The notes beneath the pieces were generated by a model. It was given only the letters and a program-made list of their open reading frames with translations. It made no database searches and was not told the origin of the DNA. Below are positions 38,419-52,479 of a DNA stretch of 64,000 nucleotides, one piece after another. The first letter of the stretch is position 1. Each line of letters begins with the position of its first letter. The position numbers and the translations under genes were made by a program. This stretch comes from Lophium mytilinum. Lineage: Eukaryota. The stretch spans positions 1,743,834-1,807,833 of the forward strand of contig MU004189.1 of the NCBI GenBank assembly GCA_010093605.1, written 5' to 3'.

Positions 38419-40210
38419 GTGAGACTACCCATTACCTCGTCGAGCCCCTCAGACCTCTCAGTAGGGTTTGCGATGAGCAAGCTTCACGCTCGCAATCCCG
38501 CCATAGATTCTATCGAAGGCTTCGACGTCGTTCGAACATGGCTCAAAACATGCACAGACCATCATAAGCTATGCAGCAAGACGATCTCCGGTACCCTAGT
38601 GAACGACGGATTGCCGGGAAATGCCTTGCCCACGAGGATCATCGATGTGGGTGACGATCGAGACACGCCGCCGAAGCTGGTTGCTACCGCGGGCCGGAAG
38701 GGCATCTATCTTGCACTAAGCTACTGCTGGGGAACGACCCAACAGTCGAAGCATCTCAAGACGACGAGGTCGAATCTCTGCGATTTTGAGGGAGCCATAC
38801 CCTTCTCTCTCTTGCCCGCAACTATTAGAGATGCTATAATTGCAACTCGCCTGCTACATATTCGCTACCTTTGGGTTGATACGCTTTGTATTATCCAGGA
38901 CGACGATCTGGATTGGAAGCATGAATCTGCCAACATGGGCAGCATCTTCCAGCTTGGTCTCTGCACCCTGGCAGCAACTTCAGCGCGACATAGCGGTGAA
39001 GGTCTATTTCTACTTCGACAGGCCGATAATGAACACGAGAATCACGGCCTCGTAGAGGAACTTGCACGGTGCGAGTGGAGCAAGAGAGGATGGGTGGTAC
39101 AAGAGCGCATTCTTTCACGTCGACTTGTCCATTTTGGTTCTCAACGGCTCTTCTTCGAATGTCAAGAAGGCGTCGATACCCAATTTGAAAATGGCCCAAC
39201 ACCTTTTACTCATAATCTGCAGTCGAAACCACGGATCTTTCATCGACTCATGCTCGAAGCAACAGTAGTAGCCAGGATGACGAACGGCTCCCATACGTTG
39301 CAGACTCTCAGAGTTGTTGCGGCGCTAGTCAACAACCACTTTCTGTCTAGAAGAAAGCCTGATCCTGATAGAGTCCACAGCGCACAGCACCGCTTCTGGT
39401 CTAGAGTTGTTCGAGCATATAATCAATGCGATCTAACCCAGCCTAGCGATAAGCTTCCTGCTATATCTGGTCTTGCCCGAGAGATGAGTGCTCTAATCCG
39501 CCAGAGCTACTTTAGAGGCTTGTGGATTGAAGACATTGCAAGAGGGCTGTTCTGGTGTGCGTCTCATGATCCATTGACCATCCTAGAAGGCGCTCAAGGT
39601 GCGTATGCTCGTATCTCCCTTGACGTTTAAGGAACATTGCTTAGTAAGACCAGCGCCATCGTGGAGTTGGGCTGCTTGGAAAGGCGAAACCCGGATGGCA
39701 ACCTACTATGCTGAGTACGACACTGGTAGACCCTGGGTATATGAGACCAGTACTGCGAATTGTGGCACTCTTCACCTCGCAGCCCATTTCTGGAAAGCTT
39801 CTAGGCTACCCGGAGGCCATGCAACTGATTTTCTCGACAACTGGATCATGCAAGAGTGGTGGACTAACCCGGGCAAAGAGACAAACGAAATATCAAGAGA
39901 CCTCCCTCGATTTAACCGTTTCATCACTCGAGGAGCAGAGGAGCATGAAATACAGGGAGTGGTTGCCTTTGATAACGAGTCGAGTCAACCACTGGACTTT
40001 ACATGTGTCATCTTGAACACGGTTTCATTAAAGAACTCGACAACAGGAGAAAGTGGATACGGGTATTACCAGCTAATCGTTCACGAATCCCCTGTCGTCC
40101 CTGGAGCGTATGAGCGGGTCGGGGTTGGGATCGCCATATCATTGACCGACTACATATCCCATGGTTGGCTGGGTCGCTCTTCTCCTTCGAATCGCATTAT
40201 TCTTGTGTGA
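38419..40210 (+). CDS. HET-domain (heterokaryon incompatibility) protein; 5' end uncertain
   Basis: HET blocks LPTRIIDVG, YLALSYCWG, YLWVDTLCIIQDD, ESANMGSIF and WSKRGWVVQERILS, then SDKLPAISGLA. After an intron at ~39599-39648 comes APSWSWA, and later YERVG. Confidence 0.9.
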
Positions 40211-41272
40211 ATCTAGTCTTTGGCTAAAATGCCTTCAAATGGGATCAACGATGTTTTGGCAAGCAGAGAAATGTAGTAGATCCCTACAGGCATCGTCCTA
40301 ATTCTCTCGACTATTATACCGATCTCGCGGCTGACATATATGGAAGTATTGTAGGCGAGGATAGCTTCTTCGACGTGGAGATTGAGGCGACCCCCAGGTC
40401 ATATCGACGAAAAGGGTTCGCTTTGTGCTCTGATGGTAGTGGTTTGACTGACTCGACTTAGACGCTCGAGCTAAAGATAGGGCAGGCTAAGCTTTTGATA
40501 CTAGAGAAATAAGAACTAGCAGCGCACTTTAGCGGTGAACATATGCCCCACTTTCTCCAGACAAAACAAAAAAAGCGGGACTTGGCTTGCTGAGCATGAC
40601 GGGAGAAGTACTGGGATATGCGGGCTTGGTGTTGGGAAGATATGGTGCGGAGCCTCAAAGAGGACGAGGTAATTAGGACGGAGAGATATCGAATGAGTGA
40701 AAAGCTGGGATGTTATGCGCGAAGGACGGTCGAGTGTTGAGGGATGGAGAAATGATCAGGATTGGAGAGAGCCTCATAGTTTCAAGGTTGAAAGCACACG
40801 ATAAGAGAACGGAAACACGATCGCAAAGTGTATCTGAATACTTTCGTAACGTTTGGCACTGCGCGGGGTTTTTCAACGATGCGAAGGAAATCATCTACTT
40901 TCTCATTTCCGGACGTTGCAGACCAGGCCTTCGATTTTACAGCTCGAGAGTAGCTTTCGAATATACAGATTTTTTGTTCAGTCTTGTTAGTCCAATCTTG
41001 AGGTACTCTGCGTGATGGTTTTTCCTGAGCCTTCGAATCAAAGTCGGGGGTTCTGAATGAATGTAAGAAGGCCCTAAGGGTCCCGAAGAGCCACTATTAT
41101 TTTTCAAAGCACACCGAAAGACACTTCAAGGAAGATAGTCTGCAGTGTGGAAATACATCGAGAAAATTATCTCCCTAGTTCAATAGCTGGAATACCCAAC
41201 TCCTAAATGTTCCCCTAGTGCTTCTGGGACTATCATGTTGCCCAAATTAACTCTATTCTAGTCTCCGATACA

Positions 41273-42423
41273 TCATCTCTTCTTTGCAGCCTTCTCCTCT
41301 ATAGCACGCATTGCAGCACGCGCGCTTCGGCTACCCCCTAGCTTCGGTCCTTTGGGCCTCTCTTCCCCTTTCACACCTTTGGCCGTGCCGGGGGGCAGAG
41401 GAGCCGTACGTCTGACATTCCGAGACTCGATTGCGTCGATGAACTCCTGTCTGAATCTCTCCGCTAGCAGGTCATCGGCAGCATGGTCGCCTTCCGATCC
41501 TCCTTGGGCCTCAGGCTCGTCGTACATATCCACTGCCGTAGTTAGCAAATGCATTCCCTCCACACCGCAAGCGTGCACTCACATCTACTCTCCCGAAGCA
41601 CCTCCTCCACAAGCAGATCCCGTTTCACGTCCTCACTATTCCGTCTCTTGCGGCCCCGCCACGGCTTGCCATCCCTCCCCAGCCTCACTTTCCCCGGCCT
41701 CAGCCCGCTCTGCGGCTCGTCGCCCGGCACCCCCTCCATCTTCCTCCTCGCAGCCTCCGTCCGCGCGATATTCTGCGCCGTAGCATCCGGCCCCAAATCA
41801 ATCTCCTGCAGTTTCCCCACGCCCGCGGGCTGTCTCTCGCGCGCCTTCTCCGACGCCGCAATCGCTGTGGCGCGCTCTTCCGTAGACAGGTCGTCGAGGC
41901 TCGTTTTGTTCAGTGCCGCCTGCGAATGACGGAGCTCGGCCATTCTAGCGTCTATAAACTCCATCCTTAAACTATCAGTCCCCGCTTCAAGAAGACGCAA
42001 TGGGGATGGCTTGAGAAGGCCCACTCACATGTGTTTGTCGTGTACGTCTGCTACCTTCCCCGTCTGTGGCGCGAAGCGCTTCGCCGCGACGTCGACCGCT
42101 GAGCGGTTGTCATCCGTGTGGAGGACCAGCGCGTCGGAGGAGGGTGGTGCGGCTGTGCGGGTTGAGGGTTGCGATGCGCTCGAGAACTCGATGCCGGCGC
42201 GGCGCGTCCTGCCTTGTTTGCGGCGGCGGAGGATCTCGGCCATGGAGAGGCCTTGATCCTTTTCATCTCCTGGCTCGGCGACATCTCGAGGAGTTGGGGC
42301 GTGCGACTCGGATTGAGGGCTTGTGATGTCGTTCGATTCGTCGTCGACCGTTTTGCGGAATATCTTCCGGCGCTTTGAGGCTCGGAAGAGGGGTTCGCTG
42401 GGTTTCGCGTCTAGGTCCGCCAT
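41273..42423 (-). CDS. C9orf78/HCA59/Tls1-like splicing-associated protein
   Basis: RFAPQTGKVADVHDKHM(intron)MEFIDARMAE...GKLQEIDLG...RRNSEDVKRDLLVEEVLRES...ADDLLAERFRQEF...PKGPKLGGSRSARAAMR. Two introns. Confidence 0.75.
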
Positions 42424-42770
42424 AGTGAGTGGTTGTAGAGAGTGGAAGCGCGTGCCGAGGTGTGTAGTTTGGAGATGGAGAGCGCGGACAGGAGTTGAGC
42501 CCCGATTCGATGTCACGTGCAACCAAATCACTTCTGAGATCTAAAAGCTGAAGAGAACAACTGTGAAAGCTCTTAAGGAGCGCGAATAACGAACGTCGGC
42601 TTAATCTCGTCTACCACCTATTCACATTTCTGTGCTAAAGAGTCCAGCCAATAGCAGTCCTTTGGCCTTAAGCATAGCTCACATCCCTGCCAAATATTTT
42701 GGACTTCGAAAATTTCGCGAACAGCAGCAGATTCAAGCTACTTTCCACACGCGGAACTGCACCAACCACC

Positions 42771-44792
42771 ATGGCACCGGTAAAGACGAAGGCGCCTAGT
42801 AAGAAGCAATGGAAGCCAGAGCTGCCAGAGGAAACGAATGCGCAAGCTCTGATCAAGGCGCCTACCCCCGACGAATCGTCCGGCGACGATCAAGAAGAAT
42901 TCGCGGGGTTCGATGATAATGAAAGTGAGGAAGATCAGGCAGAAATGGAGGGAGAAGACAGTGCTGGCGACTGGGAAAAAGATGCGACTGAAGAAGCGCT
43001 AGAACGGGCTGTTTTTGGAGATGCAGTGGGGTTCAGGGAGGGGTTGAGGTCGTTTGCCGCCGACGAGAGAGGAGGACTAGACGACGAGGACGGGCAGGAT
43101 AATGGAATGGAGCTGGAGAGATTAGCAGATGCAGATGTGAGTCTTGCATATGGGGTATAAGTTTTATCAGCGTATGCTAATATGCGTACTTCTGCAGCTT
43201 TTCTTCGTCGACTCTGGACCTGCGCCCGCTCCCGCTGGTGGGGAAAGTTCTGATAGTGAAGATGGCGAGTTTCGAGGCAAGCACAGGGAACAGCCTGCCT
43301 GGGAAGACAGCGACGATGAAAGGATATCAGTCTCTCTGGCTTCCGTACCGCGACTGAGGAAACTTAGAAAGACGGAAGAAGAGGACGTCATAAATGGGAG
43401 AGAATATGTGAAGAGGCTGCGAAAACAGTATGAGCGGTTACATCCCACGCCAGATTGGGCGCGTACGGCTATGGTCAAGAAGCGGAGGAGGTCAGATGCT
43501 GCAGGCTCCGATACCGATTCGTCTGCAGACGAGATGGATGTGGACGAGGATGCCATCTCCGTCCAACCGCTGGCAAAGCTGCTGCAGGATGCGGACATGC
43601 TTACCAGGGGATCAAACTCAGGGTCGAATAAGCGCCGTAAACTGCAACCAGAAGTTTTGGATATACAGCGCATGAAGGACGTGAGCGGAGCATTACCGGT
43701 ACGTTCTATCTCCAGCGATCATCTAAGTTCGCGTTTGCTAATCCCTATACGTAGTCTGCAATCACGTCCCTCTCCTTCCACCCCACACTCCCTCTTCTCC
43801 TATCGTCCGGCCCAGCTTCAACCCTTTACCTGCACCATATCCACCCACACCCCCCTAACCCAAACCCTCTCCTTACATCCCTCCACATCAAAAGAAACCC
43901 TCTCACCACAACTGCCTTCCACCCTACCGACTCTCGAGTATTCCTCAGTGCGCGACGCCGCTACTTCCACATATGGAACCTGACGACTGGCTTGGTCGAG
44001 AAGGTCACCCGCGTGTACGGTCATCAGGATGAACAGCGCAGCATGGAAGACTTCTCGCTCTCCCCGAACGGGCAATACATGGCGCTAAAAGGTACCGCGC
44101 GTAAGGGCGGCGGAGTGGTCAACTTCCTCAACGCCTACACGCTTCAATGGATCGCACAATGTCGGGTAGATGGTCTTGGCGGCATCGCAGACTTTGCCTG
44201 GTGGGGTGACGGTCGTGGCATCACAATAGCATCTAAGAACGGGGAAGTCTCGGAATGGAATGTGGAAGAGAAGCGGTTGGTGGGGAGATGGGTGGACGAC
44301 GGAGCTGTGGGCACGACGACGATCGCGCTCGGTGGGAAGAGCGGCAGAGACGGTTGGATTGGCGGAGATAGGTGGGTTGCAATTGGCAGTTCGAGTGGCA
44401 TCGTCAACATCTACGATCGGAGGGCTTGGAGTGCAAATCGGAAAAAACAATCAAGCGACAGCGACGATGAGGAAGAGGTGGTCGTGAATGGAGGCATCCC
44501 GAAGGCCCCTGTACCAACACGTGTACTAGACCACCTCACCACCCCGACGTCTCATCTCGCCTTTTCGCCAGATGGGCAGCTACTAGCAATGTCCAGTCGA
44601 TGGAAAAACAACGCGCTGCGGCTGGTTCACTTGCCGAGTTGTACAGTTTACAGGAATTGGCCCACGGACAAAACACCGTTGGGGAGGATAACAGCAATAG
44701 CCTGGGGAAAAGCCGACAGGGAGGAGGCGCTGGCTTTCTTGAGCGTCGCAAACGAGCAAGGAAAGATCAAGCTTTGGGAAGTGCGAGCGTAA
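42771..44792 (+). CDS. UTP18: U3 snoRNA-associated protein 18 (SSU processome WD40)
   Basis: EKDATEEALERAVFGD, PAWEDSDDERISVSL...LRKLRKTEEED...YVKRLRKQYERLHPTPDWA and LRLVHLPSCTVYRNWPTDKTPLG. Two introns. Confidence 0.92.
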
Positions 44793-45535
44793 GAGTTGGT
44801 GTAGATAGAGATAGGCTGACCATAGGGAAATTACTACCAACAGCTCCTTATTTACGCACACATATTCAAGCAAACGACGCATCCTCGCTCTCGCGCTGTC
44901 TCAAAGGTGAGGCGTAACACGTAAACGTGAAATCATGTTATAGTGAGGTCATCAACTATAATTTATATTTCAAAAAAATTCTGTGGCACTTAAAATGCAT
45001 TTGGGGTCAGCCAATGGTAGGTTGGTATGATAGTACGAGTGATCGTCGTTCTCGTGCTGGGAAGTGCCACTACCGGCTGTCAGATGGGCGCCATGAACCC
45101 ACCTGGCGAAGCTCTGCTTTTATTTTCCGAACTGAGGTTCCAGCCCTGGTGTGCGCGTGTGCTTTCTTTATCATTTTTTTGAGCAACTTTAAACCGCGGT
45201 GTCGCATGAACATCTCAAGTGCTGTTGCCACTAGCAGCGGAGCTACTCTTCAGCAATATTTGTAGCTTCTTATTGTTAGCAAGCAGTCCTCAAGACATCT
45301 TCAAAATCCTATGTCCTGTCCGCATCGACAATGAATCCCCTCTTTTGTCTCACCTAGGTCTTCGGAAATGCCTCCGGGCACTTCAAGCAGCGACATACAA
45401 TAGGTAAGCTGTCGGTGAAGAGGTAGCCGGAGAGTTCAAATGAAGTCTAATATACAATACAATGTTCATATCCCCTAGCCTTCAGCTAAACGACAGATCG
45501 AGCTTTTACTGTACACCGTAGCAGCCGCCCTCACC

Positions 45536-48248
45536 CTACACGTCCAACGGGAACCTGCTCAAAATCTTGAAAGTCCTCAAGCTCTCCAAGAAGTCTTTGC
45601 TCAAGTCCCCAACCGTCGTCTGCAAGATGACCCCGTCACCTCCTTTGATACCCGCCGCCGCAAACGCCGCGCTTCCATCTCCAACGGCGCCAACGGGCTT
45701 CCCGTACCTGTACCCCTCCTGCAGAACCTGCAACGGACGACCCGCGGGGAACAGCGTCGACGCCGCGGTGCCATTGCCGTACCCCTGCGGAGGCACGAAG
45801 AGGGCTGTCGTCCCATCCCCGACGATGATCCCATCGAACGCCGTGGCATCAGCGAGCGAATAGGTGACGTCGATACCCTCAGACAACGCCTCAGCCACGA
45901 CTACCACATCCACATTCTGCTTCGCGAACCCGTCTTTGAGCCCCTTAAGACTCGAGTCATCCCCTTTCCCACTCGTCAAAAATGCAACCTTAAGCCCATC
46001 TAGCTTTAGTAGCTTCTTATCAAAAACGCTCACCCCGCTCGTCTTGTTGTTGTGATAATACGTGTCGTCGGCCGCCGGCGCCTCTAGTCCAAGAGCGGAC
46101 GCCACGCGAACGGCTACATCGTGACTGATGCGGTTGAGCTGAATCAGCACATTGCTCTTCACGACGCTGGATTTGAGGTTCGAGACCTCAAAGCGGATCG
46201 CGTTGATAAGGAACTGCTGCTCGGTGGGGAGGAGCGAGTTGAAGAACAGTCGCGGTTGGGACCAGACGTCGGCGAAGGTGGGAGAAACGGCGCGAGTGAG
46301 CTTGCCCGAGGCGCCGCGGGAGGGCGCGGTGAAGAAGCCATTATTGGTTGTCTGATTGGCCTGCGCTGGCGAACCTTTGTTGAGGGTGTTGGGGCTGTAT
46401 GCGGCGGTGTTGAGGGGAATGAACATTTGGCCTGTGGTGTGTATGGTTAGAAGAATGTGGTGTGGGACAGAGATGTAATGACAATGATGATGGGACTGAG
46501 GAGTTGTTCCACGTACCTGCCCCGTCACGGTTGTTGTTGTGCACTGGTACGCGTGGTTGGTTGATTGGTAGTTGCTCAAAGTTCGGTCCTCCGTTGCGGC
46601 TAGTGGTTGTGAGTACAAAGCTCTGGGTGGGAGTATCTGCGCTCGGTGCGAGGACTTACTTGAGTTGAGTATCAAGGTACGAAAACAACCGGCCTTGTAG
46701 GAGTGGATCTTCTGTAAAGTCGATTCCTCGTACGATATGCGCTATATACGAGTCCCTTGTCAGTAAGTTTGTACACGTGGGAGGCAATATGATCACCGAC
46801 CTGGTTGAAACTATAGACAACACAACGTATCAGCAGATTTCTTTGTTGTTGGGTGATCAGGAGGCGGAAGGCGGGGAAAGGGGTTGTCCATGCATGCTTA
46901 CCATTATCTGCTCAGTCTCCGCAAAGTAATTCCTCGGATTGCGATTCAGCACCAGTTTTCCTAGTGGTGTAACCGGTACAAGATTTTCGGGGACAATCTT
47001 GGTTGGATCCAAAAGATCAAAGCCGAAGCGGAGTTGGTCCTCCTCGTCCATTATTTGTACGCCGAACTAAATCCAGTCAGATCAAAGCATTTGAGTAGAG
47101 TAGGAATGGCGTACCTCCCACTCCGGGAATCTCCCCTTTGCGATGGAATCGAATAGGTCCTGTCTGTGGAAATCCGAGTTCTTCCCGGCCGTAGCTTGGG
47201 CTTCTTCCCACACCAAGCTGGCTTTGCCTTGCAGCGTGCGGAACTTAAACTTCACTAGCTTGGTCTTACCCTCGTCTGTAACGAGTCTAAACGTATGCAC
47301 ACCGAACCCGTCCATATGACGGAATGACCTGACGATGCCGTTTGGTGACATGGCCCAAAAAAGAGTGTGCAAGGCGCTCGGCTGCTGACTGAAAAAGTCC
47401 CACGCCGTGTCGTGTGCTGTAGCAGCCTGCGGAATCTCCGAGTCTGGCGAGGGCTTCACGGAGTGAATGAGGTCGGGGAATTTGATAGCATCCTGAATGA
47501 AGAATACGGGGATATTGTTGCCAACGATGTCTGCCTACTTGTCAGTTACTACGTCGAGGATGCTCTACGCGGCTTACCGTAATTTCCTTCATCCGTGTAG
47601 AATCTGGTGGCGAATCCGTGGACATCCCGAGCCGTATCTGCAGAACCTCTGCTGCCAGCTACGGTAGAGAAGCGGATGAAGACGGGTGTCTCTTTGCCCT
47701 TGGAGCCAAGGAATGACGCTGCGGTGATATTTGACCAGTCGGCGTACGAAGTGAAGACACCGTGAGCACCGGCGCCACGAGCATGAACCGCTCGCTCTGG
47801 CACGCGTTCATGATCGAAATGTTGTCTATAATGATTAGCTGTCGTTCAAAAAGGTGTGCTGGGACCAAGCGGGGGGTTGAAGTCATTGATAGGGTATTTG
47901 AGCGCGATCCAAGTAGGGTTATAGACACCATTCGAGCCAGATTTTGACTCATCTCGGAGAAGATAAATATTTGGTGGAAAATCCAACCTACATCTTTTGG
48001 CGAAAGATGAAATCCTCCAGCAGCGTAGAGCCCCGCCCTCCAGCTTTCAGGCTTTCTTGGTCCGAAATGGGCCCACCAACGTCGCTGGTCAGAACGACAT
48101 CAGTGTCGTCAACCTCATATTGCTTAAGGAAATCGTCGGTTGAAGCGGGGATGTCTCGGGCTCTGAGTTCACCGCCCATATAGGGACATTGAGCCGCAGC
48201 AAGATGGCCACATGCTACAGCCGTAAGGAGAACTTGAAGAGCAACCAT
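45536..48248 (-). CDS. large-subunit secreted monofunctional catalase (CatB/Cat-3 type)
   Basis: Signal peptide plus [46 protein letters not shown], proximal heme motif [11 protein letters not shown] and a C-terminal DJ-1/flavodoxin-like domain. About 7 introns. Confidence 0.96.
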
Positions 48249-49963
48249 GATGAGAATCCGACGGTGTCACGAGCAAATCGTCAAGAAGAGGAAGAGGCGC
48301 CCGTCTTATACTTCTAGGTCCCAGGATGTCGTCAGGTACTGTGGGACTGGTCGTGAGATATGTGCTTAGCTCCATTGTGGCAAGTGCACCTGCATGGGAC
48401 AAGTCGAGGAAGTTACACCCTGTTTGTTGTGCTCTGGGCAGAACTCCCCACGGCAGGCACGAGGAAGAGTCTGAGTGGGCGACCAATAATAGGCAAGTGA
48501 CAGGGCTCTCGGCCACCTCGACCGAGCACGGCATCCCCATGCATGAGTTGTGCACAACCGGCAGGCACCGTCACCGCAATTGGCATTCTCTCCGGGGTGA
48601 TGTAATTGCATCCGCTATGGCGGGCGAGCCCGAGTGCTGGCACCACGGCACCACTCCTGCAAGCAAGACTCGGTGATTTTGTATTCTAATGTTTCGGCGA
48701 AGAAGAAAGCTGATTGAAACGCGCCCTGAAATAAATTGGAGGAGAAATGGACTTCTTGGGCACTTTCTCAATGCAATGAAGTCACAAGGAAGGTGTGAAG
48801 CAGACAACGGGTGGAACGAATCACAAAGACGACAAAGAAATCGAGGAACTTTGCTTTGCCCAGCAACACCGCAGACAGGCGTATGGCTTGGCAACGCTGA
48901 TCTCCGCTTTCCCGATGGGACTACAATTAAGCGCGTGGTTCGTTGGGCCAGATTCCATTGTTACAAATAGGTAGGTGATATGTGGTGCGTCTGGAGGATG
49001 CTTGGTAAACCGACTGGGTCGCGGCTCCTCTGCGGCTCTTGAAGGATCTGTCTATAGCGGATAGCGACGTGCTATACTAGGCCAGTGTGACAAGCATGGC
49101 TCGGATAGATCAGAAGGGTAGGCATCATCGTCTCGGGGTTCTCGGTCGCGTCAGGGGTCGACGCGCTGATTCCATATCCTATCCTATGCGTTGATGCGGT
49201 GAAGGTATGGAATCTCCGATGCCAGATGGAGAAGCACCGAAAGAAACCTGATGAACATGTTATGCGCCGGTGGTTCCGAATTTCGCGCACGCGTATCGCG
49301 AGAATAAGCACCGATGAGACTGCAAGTCGCGGTCACGGGCAGCGGGTGGCGGCGGCCGAATGATGGGTCCAGGACCTGGGCAGCGTGATGCGGTGATCGA
49401 GTTGCGCTGGTGGGACGATACTTGCTGACTAACTTGGTGCTTGTTATTTACCCTATATCCCCTATATTTCGTTGGGACTTCAAGAAGAAACAAGGCCAAC
49501 TGTTCCAACAAGCTGTACATAACCTCGTCTGATACCATTATTCTGCAAAGTTGTGTAGTTGTGCACGCCAAGAGTCACATGGTCTAGGAAGGTACGAACT
49601 TTCGCCAATGGAGCAATTTCCGCTCGAGGCTTGGCGTCTATAGATAGGATGGGAATCTTTTCTACAATAAGTCGGCATGCGTAGTGAATCTTAGGGGTTC
49701 TTATTGTTTACAGGGGAAGATGGAGCATTTCATTCGTATTGCCAATATCACGTGATCAATTGCAGTACACTCCAGTCATACATTGCTCATGCAGTTCCAT
49801 TATCATGTCTATGCCCAGTAGCAACAGGATTGCCTCCAGCCGTTTGATCATTGAGAAGAGAAATCGAACAAAGGAGAGGAAAGGTGGATTTTAGGAGAAC
49901 TGTGCCGCCCGCCGCACATGGACGCCAAGTATACATCAAAGAGAAAGTTCAAAGCAACCCATT

Positions 49964-52479
49964 TCATGCGGATGCGCCAGTCTTGAAAGGCCAGCGCCAG
50001 CCGGTCAACTCCTCCGGATCCATGCCCTCGTGGAAGGCGTAGTTCCGGGCTGTGATCTGCCGGTTCAACAGCTCCTCTCTCGCGTAGCTCGCCTTGTTCT
50101 TCAGGTTTGGCATGCGGTCAATCGCGTCGATGGCCAGACTGAATCGATCCGTCTCGTTTCGGATAGCGAGTTCGAGGGGTGTATCGATGTTGCCCTTCTC
50201 CTTGTATCCGCGCACGTGGAGGTTGTGTTGACCGTCACGCTTGTAGGTCAAGCGGTGAATGAGCCATGGATACGAGTGGAAGTTGAAGATGACTGGCTTA
50301 TCATTGGTGAAAAGGGCGCGGTATTCCCGGTCCGAGAGGCCATGAGGGTGCTCTTTCTCTGGTATAAGCTTGAACAGATCTACCACGTTGACGAAGCGGA
50401 CTTTGATCTCTGGAACTAGCTCGCGGAGAAGGCAAGTCGCAGCGAGAGACTCGTGTGTGGGAACGTCACCGCAGGAGGCCATGATGACATCTGGTTCTTC
50501 TCCCTGGTCGTTGGAAGCCCAGTCCCAAATACCAGCGCCTTTCGTGCAATGTTGGATAGCTTGCTCCATGGTGAGGTATTGGAGATGGTCTTGTTTGTCG
50601 GCGACAATGACGTTGACGTAGTTGGCACTACGGAAACAATGGTCCGTGACGCTGAGTAGGCAGTTGGCATCAGGTGGGAGATAGATACGGACCACTTCGG
50701 GGCTCTTGTTGGCAACAACATCGAGGAAGCCCGGATCTTGATGGGTGAAGCCGTTGTGGTCCTGGCGCCAGACGGTTGCAGTCAGGAGGATGTTGAGAGA
50801 GGCAACCTTGACACGCCATTCAACCTCGAGGCACTTCTCTAGCCACTTGCAATGTTGGTTGACCATTGAATCGATGATGTGGATGAAAGGCTCGTAGCTG
50901 TTGAGTAGACCGTGTCGTCCTGAAAGGATATAGCCTTCGAGCCAGCCTTCGCAGGTGTGCTCGCTAAGCATTTCCATGACACGACCCGCGAACGCGAGAT
51001 TTCCGCCGTCGGCGTCTTCTTCGAAGTACTCGCCCATCCATACCTTCTTGCCAGCTTCGTAGATGGCACCAAGCTTGTTTGACTCTGTTTCATCCGGGCC
51101 AAAGACACGGAAGTGGTTGGGGTTGTTCCTCACGATGTCTCGAAGAAAGGTAGCGAAGATAGCCATGCTACCGACATTTTCGACACCACCTTGCTTGACC
51201 TCAGTGGCGTAGTCGCGGAAATCCGGGAGGTGAAGCTTGCGGCGAAGGATACCACCGTTGGCTACGGGGTTGGCGCTCATGCGTCGGACCCCTGAGGGCG
51301 CCAGCTCCTTCAGTTCCGGAATAAGAGCACCAGACTCATCGAATAGCTTGTCTGGTCTGTAGCTGCGCATCCATTCTTCCAGGATTTTCAGGCTGTTCTT
51401 GTTCTTGGCGACATCCGGGATAGGGACTTGATGAGAGCGCCAGAAACCCTCGAGGAACTTGCCGTCAACCTTGCGAGGTCCTGTCCAGCCCTTCGGCGTA
51501 CGGAGCACAATCATGGGCCAGCGTGGACGGAATGCCTTGCCGGAGTCGCGGGCCTGCTTCTGATACTTCCTGATTTCAAGAACGCAATGCTCCAAAGTGG
51601 AAGCCATGGCTTGGTGCATCGTGGGTAGGTCTGATCCTTCCACGAAGTAGGGTTGCCAGCCATATCCGGTGAAGAGCGACTCGAGCTCCTTGTGGCTAAT
51701 ACGCGCTAGGACAGTGGGATTGTTGATCTTGTAACCGTTTAGATGCAGTACAGGAAGAACCGCACCATCAGTGATTGGGTTGAGGAACTTGGTGCTGTGC
51801 CAGCTAGTTGCCAACGGACCAGTCTCGCTCTCGCCGTCACCAACCATTGTCAAGGAGATAAGGTCTGGGTGGTCGAAAACGGAGCCGAAGGCGTGCGAGA
51901 TTGAGTATCCGAGTTCTCCACCTTCGTGAAGACTGCCTGGGGTTTCGGGGGTTGCATGACTACCGATGCCACCGGGGAACGAGAAGGCTTTGAAGAACCT
52001 CTGCAGGCCCTTCAAGTCCTCGGATTTGTCGGGGTAGACCTCGGAGTAGACACCCTCGAGATAGGAGTTCGAGAGAACCGCGGGGGCTCCGTGGCCTGGG
52101 CCAGAGATGAAGAGGGCATCCAAATCGTACTTCTTGATGAGACGGTTCATGTGGATCCAGGTGAAGCTCTGTCCAGCATCGGATCCTATCAGAATAGGTC
52201 AGTATTGCCTGGGAAGCTGGATGGATGTTTAGTACCCCAATGGCCGAGTAATCGGCGCTTGATGTGATCCAGGGTGAGCGGATCGCGTAGAAGAGGGTTC
52301 TCCTTCAGGTAGATCATGCCCAAGCAGAGGTACATGGTCGCCATGAAGTAGTCATTTGTCTTGCGGAGCTCCTCATCGTTGAGCGGCTGCTCGCTCGAGA
52401 AAGAGCGGGCGGCGCCATAGGGAGAAATGCTGAGCTCCTTGAGGTCTTCGGTGACTTCCTTGGGTTTGGTGGAGGCCAT
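49964..52479 (-). CDS. xpkA: xylulose-5-phosphate/fructose-6-phosphate phosphoketolase
   Basis: KRRLLGHWG, GPGHG, HEGGELGY, TPP motif GDGESETG...LNGYKI, FGPDETESN and QDHNGFTHQDPG. Intron ~52186-52234. Confidence 0.96.

Noticed and set aside
40870..40930. ATCTACTTTCTCATTTCCGGACG resembles the reverse complement of the unit-8 loop of the array (18/23)
   Set aside because: Too short, and the flanking arm motif is not recognisable. Needs an HMM test before being called a copy.
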